Positions 1 to 11,320 are shown, counted from the first letter of the stretch. The stretch is DNA of 64,000 nt from an uncultured Collinsella sp. (GCA_900540855.1 UQHK01000007.1:20302-84301); one strand, 5' to 3'. Made by a program: numbers and translations. The notes: generated from the letters alone by a model not told the origin.

Positions 1-783
1 ATCGATCTTATCGACTATCTTGAGCAGTACCGTCGTGAGCATAACCTGCCCGAGGTTGCCTATGAGGTCGGTACCGAGGAGACCAATGGCGGCCTGACCT
101 CCACCGACAAGTACGAGGAGTTCATTTCTCAGCTGCAGCCCGAGCTCGAGAAGCGCGGCTGCCCCATGCCCACCTTTATCGTCGGCCAGACCGGTACGCT
201 CACCCGTTGGACCGAGCAGGTCGGTCATTACAACTTTAAGAATGCCCGCGAGCTCGCCGACATGGCCAAGCGCTACGGCGTGGGCCTGAAGGAGCACAAC
301 GCCGACTACCTGGACGACGCGACGCTGCTCGAGCACATCCCGGCACACGTGACCGCTTCCAATGTCGCCCCTCAGTACGGCACCGAGGAGACCCGCGCTT
401 ACCTCAAGCTCTGCGCTACCGAGCAGATTCTGGTCGACAACGGCCTGTGCGACGATCCCTCCAATCTGTATCACACGCTGCTGGTCAAGGCCATCAAGAC
501 CGAGCGCTGGCGCAAGTGGATGACCGGCGACGATGTCAACCTGCAGGTTGACGACATTCTGGCCGACGACGAGCTCAGCCTGAAGATTCTGGATGTCTCC
601 GGCCACTACGCGTTCAACGATCCCGAGGTCAAGGAGCAGGTCGAGAAGCTCTATCGCAACCTCGCTGCCCAGGACATTGACGGCAAGCGCTTTGTGATCG
701 AGCACATCAAGCGCCCGATCAAGCAGTACGTCGTCGGTCTTAACCTCAAGGGCGTCACGAGCCGCATCGAGAAGGCTCTCTAA
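1..783 (+). CDS. GatZ/KbaZ-family tagatose-bisphosphate aldolase non-catalytic subunit-like protein (5' end lies outside the window)
   Basis: Frame 1 is open from base 1 into ORF 166..783. The conserved EVGTEE-like segment and the approximate size fit the GatZ/KbaZ family. Called from memory of the family, not a search. Confidence 0.5.
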   Translation: MDLIDYLEQYRREHNLPEVAYEVGTEETNGGLTSTDKYEEFISQLQPELEKRGCPMPTFIVGQTGTLTRWTEQVGHYNFKNARELADMAKRYGVGLKEHNADYLDDATLLEHIPAHVTASNVAPQYGTEETRAYLKLCATEQILVDNGLCDDPSNLYHTLLVKAIKTERWRKWMTGDDVNLQVDDILADDELSLKILDVSGHYAFNDPEVKEQVEKLYRNLAAQDIDGKRFVIEHIKRPIKQYVVGLNLKGVTSRIEKAL

Positions 784-908
784 GTAGCTTTTCCTACACG
801 ACGCCGGGCCTGGGGCATGTCCCAGCTGCAGGCCCGGCACATAGGACAAAAGGACATCCCCTTTGTCCTATTTTTTGAGTTTTGGATTCCTTAGAAGGAG
901 TTTGCACC

Positions 909-1592
909 ATGAAGTTCTTTATCGATACCGCCAACCTTGACGAGATCGCCGAGGCCAAGAGCTGGGGCTGCCTTGCCGGCGTCACCACCAACCCGTCCCT
1001 GTACGCCAAGACCGGCGGCAAGCTCGCCGACTTTGAGCCCCATATGCTCAAGATTGCCGAGCTCTGCGAGGGCCTGCCCGTGTCTGCTGAGTCCACCGCG
1101 ACCACTGCCGAGGGCATGATCGAGGAGGGCAAGCGTCTTGCCGCCCTGGCTCCCAACATCGTGGTCAAGCTTCCCGTGTGCGAGGCCGGCCTCGCCGCCT
1201 GCCGCGCCCTGGCCGATGCGGGCGTGCGCGTCAACATGACGCTTGTTTTCTCGCCGACGCAGGCCCTCATGGCCGCCAACGCCGGTGCCCGCTACATCAG
1301 CCCGTTTGTCGGCCGCTTTGACGACATCGCCGAGGACGGCATCTCGCAGCTCGACAATGTCGTGACATGCATCAAGAACTATGACTGGACCGGCAAGAAC
1401 GTCGACGACACCGTCGAGATCATCACCGCTTCGGTCCGCACGCCCAACCACGTGACCCAGGCGGCTCTTCTTGGTGCCGACATCGCGACCGTGCCCATGG
1501 CCGCTCTCAAGAAGTGCCTGCATCACCCGCTGACCGACCAGGGCCTCGCCTCTTTTGAGGCTGACTGGCAGAAGGTCGTCGCTCAGGCTTAA
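909..1592 (+). CDS. fructose-6-phosphate aldolase / transaldolase family protein (Fsa/TalC-like)
   Basis: MKFFIDTANLDEI N-terminus is typical of Fsa/TalC; about 227 aa. RBS aggag sits 10 nt upstream of ATG 909. Confidence 0.85.
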   Translation: MKFFIDTANLDEIAEAKSWGCLAGVTTNPSLYAKTGGKLADFEPHMLKIAELCEGLPVSAESTATTAEGMIEEGKRLAALAPNIVVKLPVCEAGLAACRALADAGVRVNMTLVFSPTQALMAANAGARYISPFVGRFDDIAEDGISQLDNVVTCIKNYDWTGKNVDDTVEIITASVRTPNHVTQAALLGADIATVPMAALKKCLHHPLTDQGLASFEADWQKVVAQA

Positions 1593-1656
1593 CGATCGGG
1601 TTGCCCTCGGCATCGCGCCATCCGGTGCCGGGGTTGTTCTCAAGAGAGGAATTCGT

Positions 1657-2487
1657 ATGACCAACCAGGAGCTGGCGAAGGTCGCCAATGAGGTCAGGAA
1701 GGGTGTCGTGACTGCGGTTCACGCGGCCAAGTCGGGACATCCGGGTGGATCGCTCGGTGCAGCCGACATCATGACGTATCTGTACTTTGAGGAAATGAAT
1801 ATCGATCCTGCCGACCCTCACAAGGCCGATCGCGACCGCTTTGTGCTCTCCAAGGGTCACGCGGCGCCGGGCCTGTATTCGGTGTTGGCAAATCGCGGCT
1901 ATTTTCCCGTCGAAGAGCTCGAGACGCTCCGCCATATTGGCAGCCGACTGCAGGGCCATCCCAACATGAACGATACCCCAGGCATCGATATGTCCACCGG
2001 CTCGCTCGGTCAGGGCATCTCTGCTGCAGTTGGAATGGCGCTTGCCGCTAAGCACTGGGGCGACAGCTACCGTGTCTACACGTTGCTGGGCGACGGTGAG
2101 TGCGAGGAAGGCCAGGTGTGGGAGGCGGCTATGTTTGCCGGCAACCATGCGCTCGACAATCTTGTTGCCGTCGTCGACCACAACGGCTTGCAGATTGACG
2201 GCACGATCGATGAAGTCAACTCGGCCATGCCGCTTGCCGACAAGTTCCGCGCCTTTAAGTGGCATGTGATAGAGCTAGCCGATGGCAACGACATGGCGCA
2301 GATTGAGGCGGCTTTCGCCGAAGCTCGCGAGGTGACCGGCGCGCCCGTCGCTATCATCGCCGAGACGGTGAAGGGCAAAGGCGTCTCCTTTATGGAGAAC
2401 CAGGTTGGCTGGCATGGCAAGGCGCCCAATGACGAGCAGTTTGAGCAGGCCATGGCCGAGCTCGCGGCAGCAGGAGAGGAGCTCTAA
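1657..2487 (+). CDS. transketolase, N-terminal (TPP-binding) subunit
   Basis: GDGECEEGQVWEA and HPGGSLG motifs. Start MTNQELAK follows the RBS agagagga. Stop overlaps the next start (ATGA at 2484-2487). Confidence 0.9.
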   Translation: MTNQELAKVANEVRKGVVTAVHAAKSGHPGGSLGAADIMTYLYFEEMNIDPADPHKADRDRFVLSKGHAAPGLYSVLANRGYFPVEELETLRHIGSRLQGHPNMNDTPGIDMSTGSLGQGISAAVGMALAAKHWGDSYRVYTLLGDGECEEGQVWEAAMFAGNHALDNLVAVVDHNGLQIDGTIDEVNSAMPLADKFRAFKWHVIELADGNDMAQIEAAFAEAREVTGAPVAIIAETVKGKGVSFMENQVGWHGKAPNDEQFEQAMAELAAAGEEL

Positions 2488-3425
2488 TGGCAGAGGTCAA
2501 AAAAGTCGCCACGCGCGTAAGCTACGGCGAGGCGCTCGTCGAGCTGGGCAATGAGCACGATGACTTTGTAGTGCTCGATGCCGACCTGGCTGCCGCTACG
2601 CAGACGGGTAAGTTTAAGACTGCCCATCCTGAGCGCTTTTACGATGCCGGCATCGCCGAGAGCAACCTGATGGGTCTTGCCGCCGGCATCGCGACCACGG
2701 GCCGCGTTGCTTTTGCGAGCACCTTTGCGATGTTTGCCGCCGGTCGCGCCTACGAGCAGGTCCGCAATTCCATTGGCTACCCGCACCTCAACGTCAAGAT
2801 TGGCGCCACCCATGCCGGCATTTCGGTGGGCGAGGACGGCGCCACGCACCAGTGCTGCGAGGATATCGCACTCATGCGTACGATTCCGGGTATGACGGTG
2901 GTCGTTCCCGCCGACGATGTCGAGGCCCGCGCCTGTGTGCGCGCCGCCTATGAGTTTGAGGGGCCGGTCTACATGCGCTTCGGCCGCCTGGCAACACCGG
3001 TCATCAACGATCACGAGGGCTACGAGTTCAAGATCGGCCGCGGTGTTGTTGTGCGGGAGGGCTCTGATGTCACGATCGTCGCGTGCGGTCTCATGGTCGC
3101 TGAGGCACTCGCTGCTGCCGAGGCGCTCGCTGCCGACGGCATCGATGCTGAGGTCATCAACATGCATACGATCAAACCGCTCGATGAGCGTTTGGTGGTT
3201 GCCAGCGCCAAGAAGACCGGTCGCGTGGTCACCGCCGAGGAGCATTCGATTATCGGTGGTCTTGGCGAGGCCGTTGCCTCGGTGCTCGCGGAGCAGCATC
3301 CAGTGCCGATGCGTCGCGTCGGAGTGCGCGATGTGTACGGCGAGTCCGGCCCTGCGGTCGATTTGCTGCATAAGTACGGTTTGGACGCCGACGGCATCGA
3401 AGCTGCGGTCAGGTCCGTGTTGTAA
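2487..3425 (+). CDS. transketolase, C-terminal (pyrimidine-binding) subunit
   Basis: 312 aa. Transketolase pyrimidine-binding and C-terminal domains. Translationally coupled to the N-terminal subunit gene. Confidence 0.9.
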   Translation: MAEVKKVATRVSYGEALVELGNEHDDFVVLDADLAAATQTGKFKTAHPERFYDAGIAESNLMGLAAGIATTGRVAFASTFAMFAAGRAYEQVRNSIGYPHLNVKIGATHAGISVGEDGATHQCCEDIALMRTIPGMTVVVPADDVEARACVRAAYEFEGPVYMRFGRLATPVINDHEGYEFKIGRGVVVREGSDVTIVACGLMVAEALAAAEALAADGIDAEVINMHTIKPLDERLVVASAKKTGRVVTAEEHSIIGGLGEAVASVLAEQHPVPMRRVGVRDVYGESGPAVDLLHKYGLDADGIEAAVRSVL

Positions 3426-3437
3426 GGAAGGCTTTCC

Positions 3438-3890
3438 ATGGGGTTTGTATCTGCCAACCAAGTGACGATTGGCTACGCCGCCGCCTCGCGCGAGGACGCG
3501 CTGCATTATCTGTCCGAGCAGGCTGTTGAGCTTGGTTTTGCCGATGACGCGTCTGCTGTAGAGGCGGCTTTCATTGCTCGCGAAAACGAGGCCGAGACTG
3601 GCCTCGTCGCCGGTTTTGCCGTTCCGCATGCCAAGAGCGATGCGATCCATACGCCGGGCGTGGCCGTGCTCAAGCTGTCCGAGCCTGTTGAGTGGCCGAG
3701 CTTTGATGGCGTGCCCGTCGATGTGGCGCTCGCGCTGTACGTGCCCGCCGGTGAAGCGGGAACCACGCACCTGCGTCTGCTCTCCAAGGCTGCCGTGATG
3801 CTGATGGATGCTGGCTTCCGTGACAGGGTGCGCGAAAGCACCGATCCTGTCGAGATTGCCGAGCTCATCAACGCCGGGCTCGAGGGCTAG
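3438..3890 (+). CDS. PTS sugar transporter subunit IIA (PTS_EIIA_2 fold)
   Basis: 150 aa. GFAVPHAK phosphorylatable-His motif. Last gene of the operon. Confidence 0.75.
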   Translation: MGFVSANQVTIGYAAASREDALHYLSEQAVELGFADDASAVEAAFIARENEAETGLVAGFAVPHAKSDAIHTPGVAVLKLSEPVEWPSFDGVPVDVALALYVPAGEAGTTHLRLLSKAAVMLMDAGFRDRVRESTDPVEIAELINAGLEG

Positions 3891-3933
3891 AACGGGCTCT
3901 CCGTTCCATTAATCGATCCTTCTCCAAGGAAAA

Positions 3934-3975
3934 GGGCCGCGACGCTATAGGCGTCGCGGCCCTGTCTGCGTTTCC
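3934..3975 (+). terminator. stem-loop after the EIIA gene
   Basis: gggccgcgacgc-tatag-gcgtcgcggccc hairpin followed by tgtctgcgttt. Confidence 0.5.
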
Positions 3976-4019
3976 CCAGATAAAACCTGCCAAAATAAAC
4001 CTGTCCCTTTTTGGTAGGT
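3971..4019 (+). repeat. repeat family A copy 1 (core ccccagataaaacctgccaaaataaacctgtccctttttggtaggt), followed by a family-B arm fragment at 4027-4060
   Basis: Near-identical copies at 4444-4493, 9143-9191 (inverted) and 11321-11370. Contains a small internal hairpin aacctgcc/ggcaggtt. Confidence 0.8.
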
Positions 4020-4087
4020 AAAACGGGAGCCGTTTCACCGCAACTTAGGGTGCGGTTGGGATGTGTACGCTTTAATGAGCGGCGCCC

Positions 4088-4432
4088 ATGGTTAGAGAGA
4101 TTACGCTCGTCTCTCTAAATGTCTCTCTAATGGGAAGCTCGGTTAGAGAGATGGCCTTAGGCTATCTAGCAGTGAATTCGATACATCTCTCTAAATGTCT
4201 CTCTAAACAAGGTGCTTATCTCTCTAAAGTTAGAGAGATAAGCACCTTGTTTAGAGAGACGGAATGCCAGTTTTCGTCCGTCCGTTACCATCTGCCAAAA
4301 ATGGCGGATAAAGGACTCATTGAAGTAATGGGTTCATCGACGAGCCGCAACCGCCGCTATCGGAAGAGGTAGATGTGGCTGAGTCGCCTCTCTAGTGTCT
4401 CTCAAAGATAGATGGATGCTAGAGAGACGGTT
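4088..4432. repeat. iteron-like cluster: at least 8 copies of TCTCTCTAA / TTAGAGAGA in both orientations, including a perfect 43-bp palindrome at 4208-4250
   Basis: ggttagagagat occurs twice, tctctctaaatgtctctctaa twice, and caaggtgcttatctctctaaagttagagagataagcaccttg once. Local GC is lower. The overlapping ORF 4088..4372 is probably spurious. Confidence 0.7.
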
Positions 4433-4443
4433 GCCCCGCGATA

Positions 4444-4493
4444 TTTCCCCAGATAAAACCTGCCAAAATAAACCTGTCCCTTTTTGGTAGGTT
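4444..4493 (+). repeat. repeat family A copy 2
   Basis: tttccccagataaaacctgccaaaataaacctgtccctttttggtaggtt. Confidence 0.8.
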
Positions 4494-4505
4494 AAACGGC
4501 GTAAC

Positions 4506-5384
4506 TTAAAGGTTCATGTTGCCGTGGATGTAGGGGGTGACCTCGGGGGAGATATGGCCGCAGCCCAGCTCGCGCAGCGTGGACTCGATGGCGGCGGGCA
4601 GCGGGGTCTTGCCTTCGGCGTCGACGGCGGCACCGCTGAGGGCGGCGATCTTGGCGACGTCTGCCGGCGCGGCCTCGATATGCATGCAGCCGCCGACGAG
4701 GCGTGCGCGGACCTGGTCCAGGCCAAGGTCGTGTAGGTAGTCCTCACAGGTGCGGATTACATCGACCTTCTCGCGCGTGAGCTCCTCGCCCGTGGGGACT
4801 CGCGTGGCCAGGCAGGCTCCTGCCGGCAGGTTCCAGACGGGATAGCCCCAGGCGCGTAGCAGCTCGCGCTCCTCGTCCTTGGTAAAGCCGACCTCCATAA
4901 GCGGCGAGCGCACGCCGAGCTCCTGGGCGGCGCGCATGCCGGGGCGGTAGTCGCCGCGGTCGCTTGCGTTGCTGCCGTCGATGACGGTGGGAAAGCCCAG
5001 CGACTTGGCGTGGTTGACGATGGCGGTAAAGCCGGCGCGCTTGCAGTGGTAACAGCGGTCGGCGTCGTTGCAGGCTACCTGGGGGAGCTGCAGCTGATCG
5101 ACCGAGAGGTTGAGCACGGGGAGCTTGAAATGCGGCCCCTCATCGGCCTGCCCGTCAACCGCCCGCTCAAACGAAGCCTGCTCGGGCGTGCCGATGAGCG
5201 GCGTGGTGAGGTGAACGAGAAGCGTGCTGGCGGGCATGATGCGGGCGCAGACTGCGGCCAAAAAGCTGCTGTCGACGCCACCGGAAAAGCCGATGGCGAC
5301 GCGTCCGTATGCCAAAAGCAGCTGCTCGAGCGCTGTGAGTTTGTCCTGAAGCCCCTCTGCAGGTGCGGTGGTGTCTGAAAGCAT
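4506..5384 (-). CDS. LarE-like PP-loop ATP pyrophosphatase (TIGR00268-type sulfur transferase family)
   Basis: SGGVDSS PP-loop plus a CYHCK cysteine pair. 292 aa. Confidence 0.65.
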   Translation of the reverse strand: MLSDTTAPAEGLQDKLTALEQLLLAYGRVAIGFSGGVDSSFLAAVCARIMPASTLLVHLTTPLIGTPEQASFERAVDGQADEGPHFKLPVLNLSVDQLQLPQVACNDADRCYHCKRAGFTAIVNHAKSLGFPTVIDGSNASDRGDYRPGMRAAQELGVRSPLMEVGFTKDEERELLRAWGYPVWNLPAGACLATRVPTGEELTREKVDVIRTCEDYLHDLGLDQVRARLVGGCMHIEAAPADVAKIAALSGAAVDAEGKTPLPAAIESTLRELGCGHISPEVTPYIHGNMNL

Positions 5385-5557
5385 GAATCGATCCTTGCCG
5401 TTGAGTACTCGGTCGAAAACTATAATCCTACCGAGCCGCTTGTCATAAGACTTCTATCTATGTAACGAAAGTGCAATATGCTATATACGTTATATACAAG
5501 TTTACAGGTGCGGTAAAGTTGCGGGAGTACAGCAGCGCGAAGCGATGGGGGACCGAT

Positions 5558-6208
5558 ATGATCAATGCCGTTATTTTTGACATGGACGGGACGCTGGTCG
5601 ATACCGAGCGTTTGGGTATCAAGGCGTGGAAGGCGGGCGCGGCCGAGCTGGGATTCGCGATTGATGATGCGCTGATCCATCAGTTTATCGGTCGCACGCT
5701 GCCCGATGTCATGGGCATCCTTGAGGAGCATTACGGCAGCAGCGAAACCGCTGAGGCGATCTATCGTCGTCACAAGGAGATTCGCGACGAGATGGTCAAG
5801 ACCGACCTGGAGCTTAAGGCCGGCGCCGCCGAGTGCCTCGACGAGCTGCTGGCTGCGGGCTATCACGTGGGCCTTGCGACGTCGTCGCGCCACGTCACGG
5901 CCGAGCGCAACCTTAAAATGGTCGGTCTCTTTGACAAGTTTGAAACGGTGACCTGCGGCGAGGACGTCGTGCGCGGCAAGCCCGACCCCGAGATGTACCT
6001 GCTCGCCTGCGAGCGCGCGGGCTTTGCTCCCGAGGAGTGCGCCGTGGTCGAGGATTCCCGCAACGGCTGCGTCTCGGGCATCACGGCCGGCTGCCATGTG
6101 TTTGCCGTTCCCGACATCGTACCGCTGCCGCAGGACGTGGTGGATGGCTGCGAGGCCGTGCTCGATACGCTGTTCGATCTGCCGGCGGCGGTCAAGGCCG
6201 TGCGCTAG
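5558..6208 (+). CDS. HAD-superfamily hydrolase (beta-phosphoglucomutase-like subfamily IA)
   Basis: FDMDGTLVDT motif I. About 216 aa. Start chosen at MINAVIFDMDGT. Confidence 0.8.
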   Translation: MINAVIFDMDGTLVDTERLGIKAWKAGAAELGFAIDDALIHQFIGRTLPDVMGILEEHYGSSETAEAIYRRHKEIRDEMVKTDLELKAGAAECLDELLAAGYHVGLATSSRHVTAERNLKMVGLFDKFETVTCGEDVVRGKPDPEMYLLACERAGFAPEECAVVEDSRNGCVSGITAGCHVFAVPDIVPLPQDVVDGCEAVLDTLFDLPAAVKAVR

Positions 6209-6464
6209 CGTTTGCACGCGAGTCGCCATGCCCCGCGCCCGATCCCGCAGGACGGTGACGGTAACTTTTAGTTTGTGGTTGTCGAGGGCGAGGACGTTGA
6301 CGGCCCGACTCATCACATGGCTGCCTGCCTGGTCAGCCAGACTGACACGATCCTTAAGGTCGCCAAGATTTTGAAAGTGCCTGTCGAGGTCGTTTGCCGC
6401 CAGTTTAGTTGCGCGGTATTGCCAAACCGCGTAACGACTCGACGCTGTAGCGTTCAAATGAGAA

Positions 6465-6497
6465 ACCACCGCAAGGGGGACGGTCCCCTTTGCGGTG
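6465..6497 (-). terminator. stem-loop downstream of the DUF4143 ATPase gene
   Basis: ccaccgcaagggggacggtcccctttgcggtgg perfect hairpin, followed on the minus strand by tttctcattt. Confidence 0.5.
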
Positions 6498-6539
6498 GTT
6501 ATGGCTGTTCAGGGGCCGAGCTGTGACTCCAGTCTCGGT

Positions 6540-7745
6540 CTACTCCAGGAGCCAGTCGATCACGTTGCGCTTGCGGACTCCTTCGTAGTTCGCGTCCGCA
6601 AACAGCGTGTCGAGCGTAAGAAGCGTCTTGGGGTAGTTGTCTCGGACTTTCTTAAAGGGGGCCAACTCTCGATTGAGGGTAGTTTCGTCGAGCGTTGTGG
6701 CTGAAACCTGAAAATAGGCTGTCTCGTCTGAGTTTAGGGCAACAAAATCGATTTCCCCGCCGTCGATATCGCCCACGTAGACGTCGTATCCACGGCGTAG
6801 GAGCTCGAGATAAACAACATTTTCGAGGATATGACCGATATCGCTGCTTTGGGTTTTGACGAGAGCGCCTCTAAGTCCAAGGTCAACGGCGTAGTATTTG
6901 CCGTTTGTTGAAAGAAGCTGCCGACCGCGCACGTTATAGCGCGGAGCAAAGTACAACACAAGGCTGTCTGTTAAGCCTTTGAGGTACTTGGCTACGGTTT
7001 TCTGGTCGGTTTTGTTGCCGTTGGACGAGAGCGTGTCGGAGATTTTTTTAATCGAGATCCGGTTTCCAATGCTATGGAGTAGGAACTTGGTGATATCGCG
7101 CAGGGTCGGGACGTCCGAGACCTTCAGGCGTTCGATAACGTCGCGTATGACGATGGTATCGTAGAGGCTCATAAGATAATCGCGCGCCTGGGGTCCCTGA
7201 ATACCCGTCTCGGCGATAAAGGGAAAAGAGCCCCGGGTGATGTACTCGTCAAACAACTGCGCGGGAGCCTTTCCGTCATTGGTTTTTGCCGAGCAAAACT
7301 CTTTAAAGGATAGGGGCAGTATCTTGAGCTCTACGTAGCGGCCGGAGAGCAAAGTTGCCAGCTCGCTCGAGAGCAGATAAGCGTTGGAACCGGTTATGTA
7401 GAGGTCGACATTGTCCTTGATAAAAAGACTGTCGACGGCTTTTTCGAAATGCTCGACGTGCTGTATCTCGTCCAGAAAAACGTAGTTCATCTTATCGGGG
7501 ACGAGTCTGGCGGAAATGTAGTCGTAGAGTGCTCTATACGACGTAAGCGACTCGAACTCCAGGTCTTCAAAGTTGAGGGATATAACCTGGTCGCCTGTGA
7601 TTCCATGATCGCGCAGGTAGATACGGTAGATTTCGAATAGCTTTGATTTGCCGGACCTTCGCACGCCCGAAACGACCTTGATGACGTGCGAGTCTTTCCA
7701 CGAAATGAGCCAGTCGAGGTACTGTTTGCGATCAATCAGATTCAT
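6540..7745 (-). CDS. AAA+ ATPase with DUF4143 C-terminal domain (ATP-binding protein)
   Basis: 401 aa. Walker A GVRRSGKS. Markedly lower GC than its neighbours, with an AT-rich upstream region at 7746-7915. Confidence 0.8.
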   Translation of the reverse strand: MNLIDRKQYLDWLISWKDSHVIKVVSGVRRSGKSKLFEIYRIYLRDHGITGDQVISLNFEDLEFESLTSYRALYDYISARLVPDKMNYVFLDEIQHVEHFEKAVDSLFIKDNVDLYITGSNAYLLSSELATLLSGRYVELKILPLSFKEFCSAKTNDGKAPAQLFDEYITRGSFPFIAETGIQGPQARDYLMSLYDTIVIRDVIERLKVSDVPTLRDITKFLLHSIGNRISIKKISDTLSSNGNKTDQKTVAKYLKGLTDSLVLYFAPRYNVRGRQLLSTNGKYYAVDLGLRGALVKTQSSDIGHILENVVYLELLRRGYDVYVGDIDGGEIDFVALNSDETAYFQVSATTLDETTLNRELAPFKKVRDNYPKTLLTLDTLFADANYEGVRKRNVIDWLLE

Positions 7746-7914
7746 GAAACCCCTTTCTTGGCGAGAAAAAACTGGAGCAAAATCAATACTTATAGGAAAT
7801 ATCTAAAAATATGGAATTGAATCTATTTTAACAAAAGAGTTAATGAAAAATGGATTACATTCCATAAATATCCGTAGCCGCAGGTCCGGCTAAACGGGGA
7901 GGGAACATGGGGCC

Positions 7915-7959
7915 AGCAAAACGCCGCAGCGGGACTGTTCCCGTTGCGGCGTTTTTTGT
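7915..7959. terminator. bidirectional rho-independent terminator
   Basis: caaaacgccgcagcggg-actgtt-cccgttgcggcgttttttg hairpin flanked by an A-run and a T-run. Confidence 0.6.
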
Positions 7960-9092
7960 TACAGGTAGGCGCCCAGGTTGATGTCGGTTATTGGGGCCGC
8001 GGATGGGCCCGTCGGGTGCTGCTCGGCCTTTTGGGTGCTCACACGTTCGAGCAAGAAGGGGCGCACGAGCTCCTGACGGTTAATGTCCTCGGCGGCCGTG
8101 GCCGTGGTGACGGTGCGCGCGGCGGAGCCGATGCGGACTCGTTTGGTCTTGGCGGCAGGCTTATCCTCGATCTGCTCCATGAGCAGCTGAACGCCCTTGC
8201 GGCCAATCTCGTAGCCTGGGGGTGCTACCGTGGTGAGCGGGACCGATCCGCTCCAAGCGAGCGGGTTGCCGTCGCAGCCGGCCACGCGGACCTGGCCGGG
8301 GACGGAAATGCCTTTGTCGGTCAGCGCCGAGATAACGCCCGAGGCCAATACGTCGGTCAGGCCGATGACAAAATCGGGGCGCTCGTCAGCAGGGCGTTCG
8401 GCAATCTGGGTACCGATGCTGTAGCCGTCGGCTGCGGTATTCCACTCCCCGGCATCGATGACCTCAATTTTGATATCAGGATGCAGGGCAAGTGCCTTGT
8501 GGATGCCAAGGACGCGCAGGCCGAGCTGCATAAATGCCGCTCGGCCCACAACGGTGATATGGCGTGCGCCGCGGGCGATGGCGAGCTCGGCGATAATACG
8601 CCCCTGTGCCTCGTTGTCGGCGGCCACGTAGTAACCGGGCTCGGAGCAATGGATGTCCAGATAGACGATCGGCACGGGCATCTTGGTCATAGCGGGGTGC
8701 CAGTCGGGGGACGCCATGGGCTGAACCATGACGCCGGACATCTGCGTGCCCATAAAATAGCGCAGGTAATGATCCTCGAGAATATCGTCGTTATCGGCAT
8801 TGGCGATGAGCAGATCGTAGCCGTGCTTGCGGGCCTCGTTGTGGGCGCCGCTGGCGATTTGGAGCGAAAAGCCGTGGTCGAGACGGGGGAGCACCAGGCC
8901 AAAGGACTTGGTGGCGCCGCCCGCGAGCTGACGAGCGCTTTGGTTGGGCAGGTAGCCCAGGCGATTGATGGTCTCGTTGATGAGCCTGAGGGTCTCGGGG
9001 CGCAACTTCTCGGGATGGTTGAGCGCGTTGGAAACCGTGCCAAGCGAAACCCCGGCCTCGCGCGCGACGTCGCTGATTTTAACCTTTGCCAT
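7959..9092 (-). CDS. LacI-family transcriptional regulator
   Basis: MAKVKISDVAREAGVSLGTVSNALN HTH plus a periplasmic-binding-like domain. 377 aa. This is the real gene inside the long 7959..10337 ORF artefact. Confidence 0.85.
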   Translation of the reverse strand: MAKVKISDVAREAGVSLGTVSNALNHPEKLRPETLRLINETINRLGYLPNQSARQLAGGATKSFGLVLPRLDHGFSLQIASGAHNEARKHGYDLLIANADNDDILEDHYLRYFMGTQMSGVMVQPMASPDWHPAMTKMPVPIVYLDIHCSEPGYYVAADNEAQGRIIAELAIARGARHITVVGRAAFMQLGLRVLGIHKALALHPDIKIEVIDAGEWNTAADGYSIGTQIAERPADERPDFVIGLTDVLASGVISALTDKGISVPGQVRVAGCDGNPLAWSGSVPLTTVAPPGYEIGRKGVQLLMEQIEDKPAAKTKRVRIGSAARTVTTATAAEDINRQELVRPFLLERVSTQKAEQHPTGPSAAPITDINLGAYL

Positions 9093-9142
9093 AGCGGCCC
9101 CTTTGATGCGTTTCAAGTACAAGCCAGATTGTAGCATCCTAA

Positions 9143-9191
9143 ACCAACCAAAAAGTGACAGGTTTATTTTGGCAGGTTTTATCTGGGGAAA
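9143..9191 (-). repeat. repeat family A copy 3 (inverted, slightly diverged)
   Basis: Reverse complement reads tttccccagataaaacctgccaaaataaacctgtcactttttggttggtt. Confidence 0.75.
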
Positions 9192-9404
9192 CGCCGTTGC
9201 CAGCGCGACCACCACAAAGGTGCCTGTCCCCATTGTGGCGGTTTGGACCGGCTGGGCATGTGTGCATCGGGTGGTATCTAAGTTGAGATACCACATCTGG
9301 TATATCAGCTTGCGCCTGCGTGAGTACAATACTCGAACGTTATGCGTCTCAGCGCCCCTTGTGCGTGGACGTCTTGCAGTCACGCGAACGAAGGGATTTA
9401 TCCT

Positions 9405-11252
<1,848 letters not shown>

Positions 11253-11280
11253 CTAATATTCCGCCGTCCTAACGACCAAG

Positions 11281-11316
11281 GCCCGGCTCCGCATCAAGAC
11301 GGAGCCGGGCCTTTTC
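11281..11316 (+). terminator. rho-independent terminator of glmS
   Basis: gcccggctccg-catcaagac-ggagccgggc followed by ctttt. Confidence 0.7.
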
Positions 11317-11320
11317 TGCA

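Noticed and set aside
4088-4372. ORF encoding a 94-aa protein across the TCTCTCTAA repeat block
   Set aside because: The amino-acid sequence is dictated by the DNA repeats (SL/NVSL repeats). There is no RBS, and the ORF runs through a perfect palindrome. It is more likely non-coding.
6209-6540. Small ORFs 6275-6526 (+) and 6469-6209 (-) as a toxin-antitoxin pair next to the ATPase
   Set aside because: Neither has a recognisable motif or a convincing RBS. One overlaps the HAD gene antisense. Kept only as a finding about unexplained sequence.
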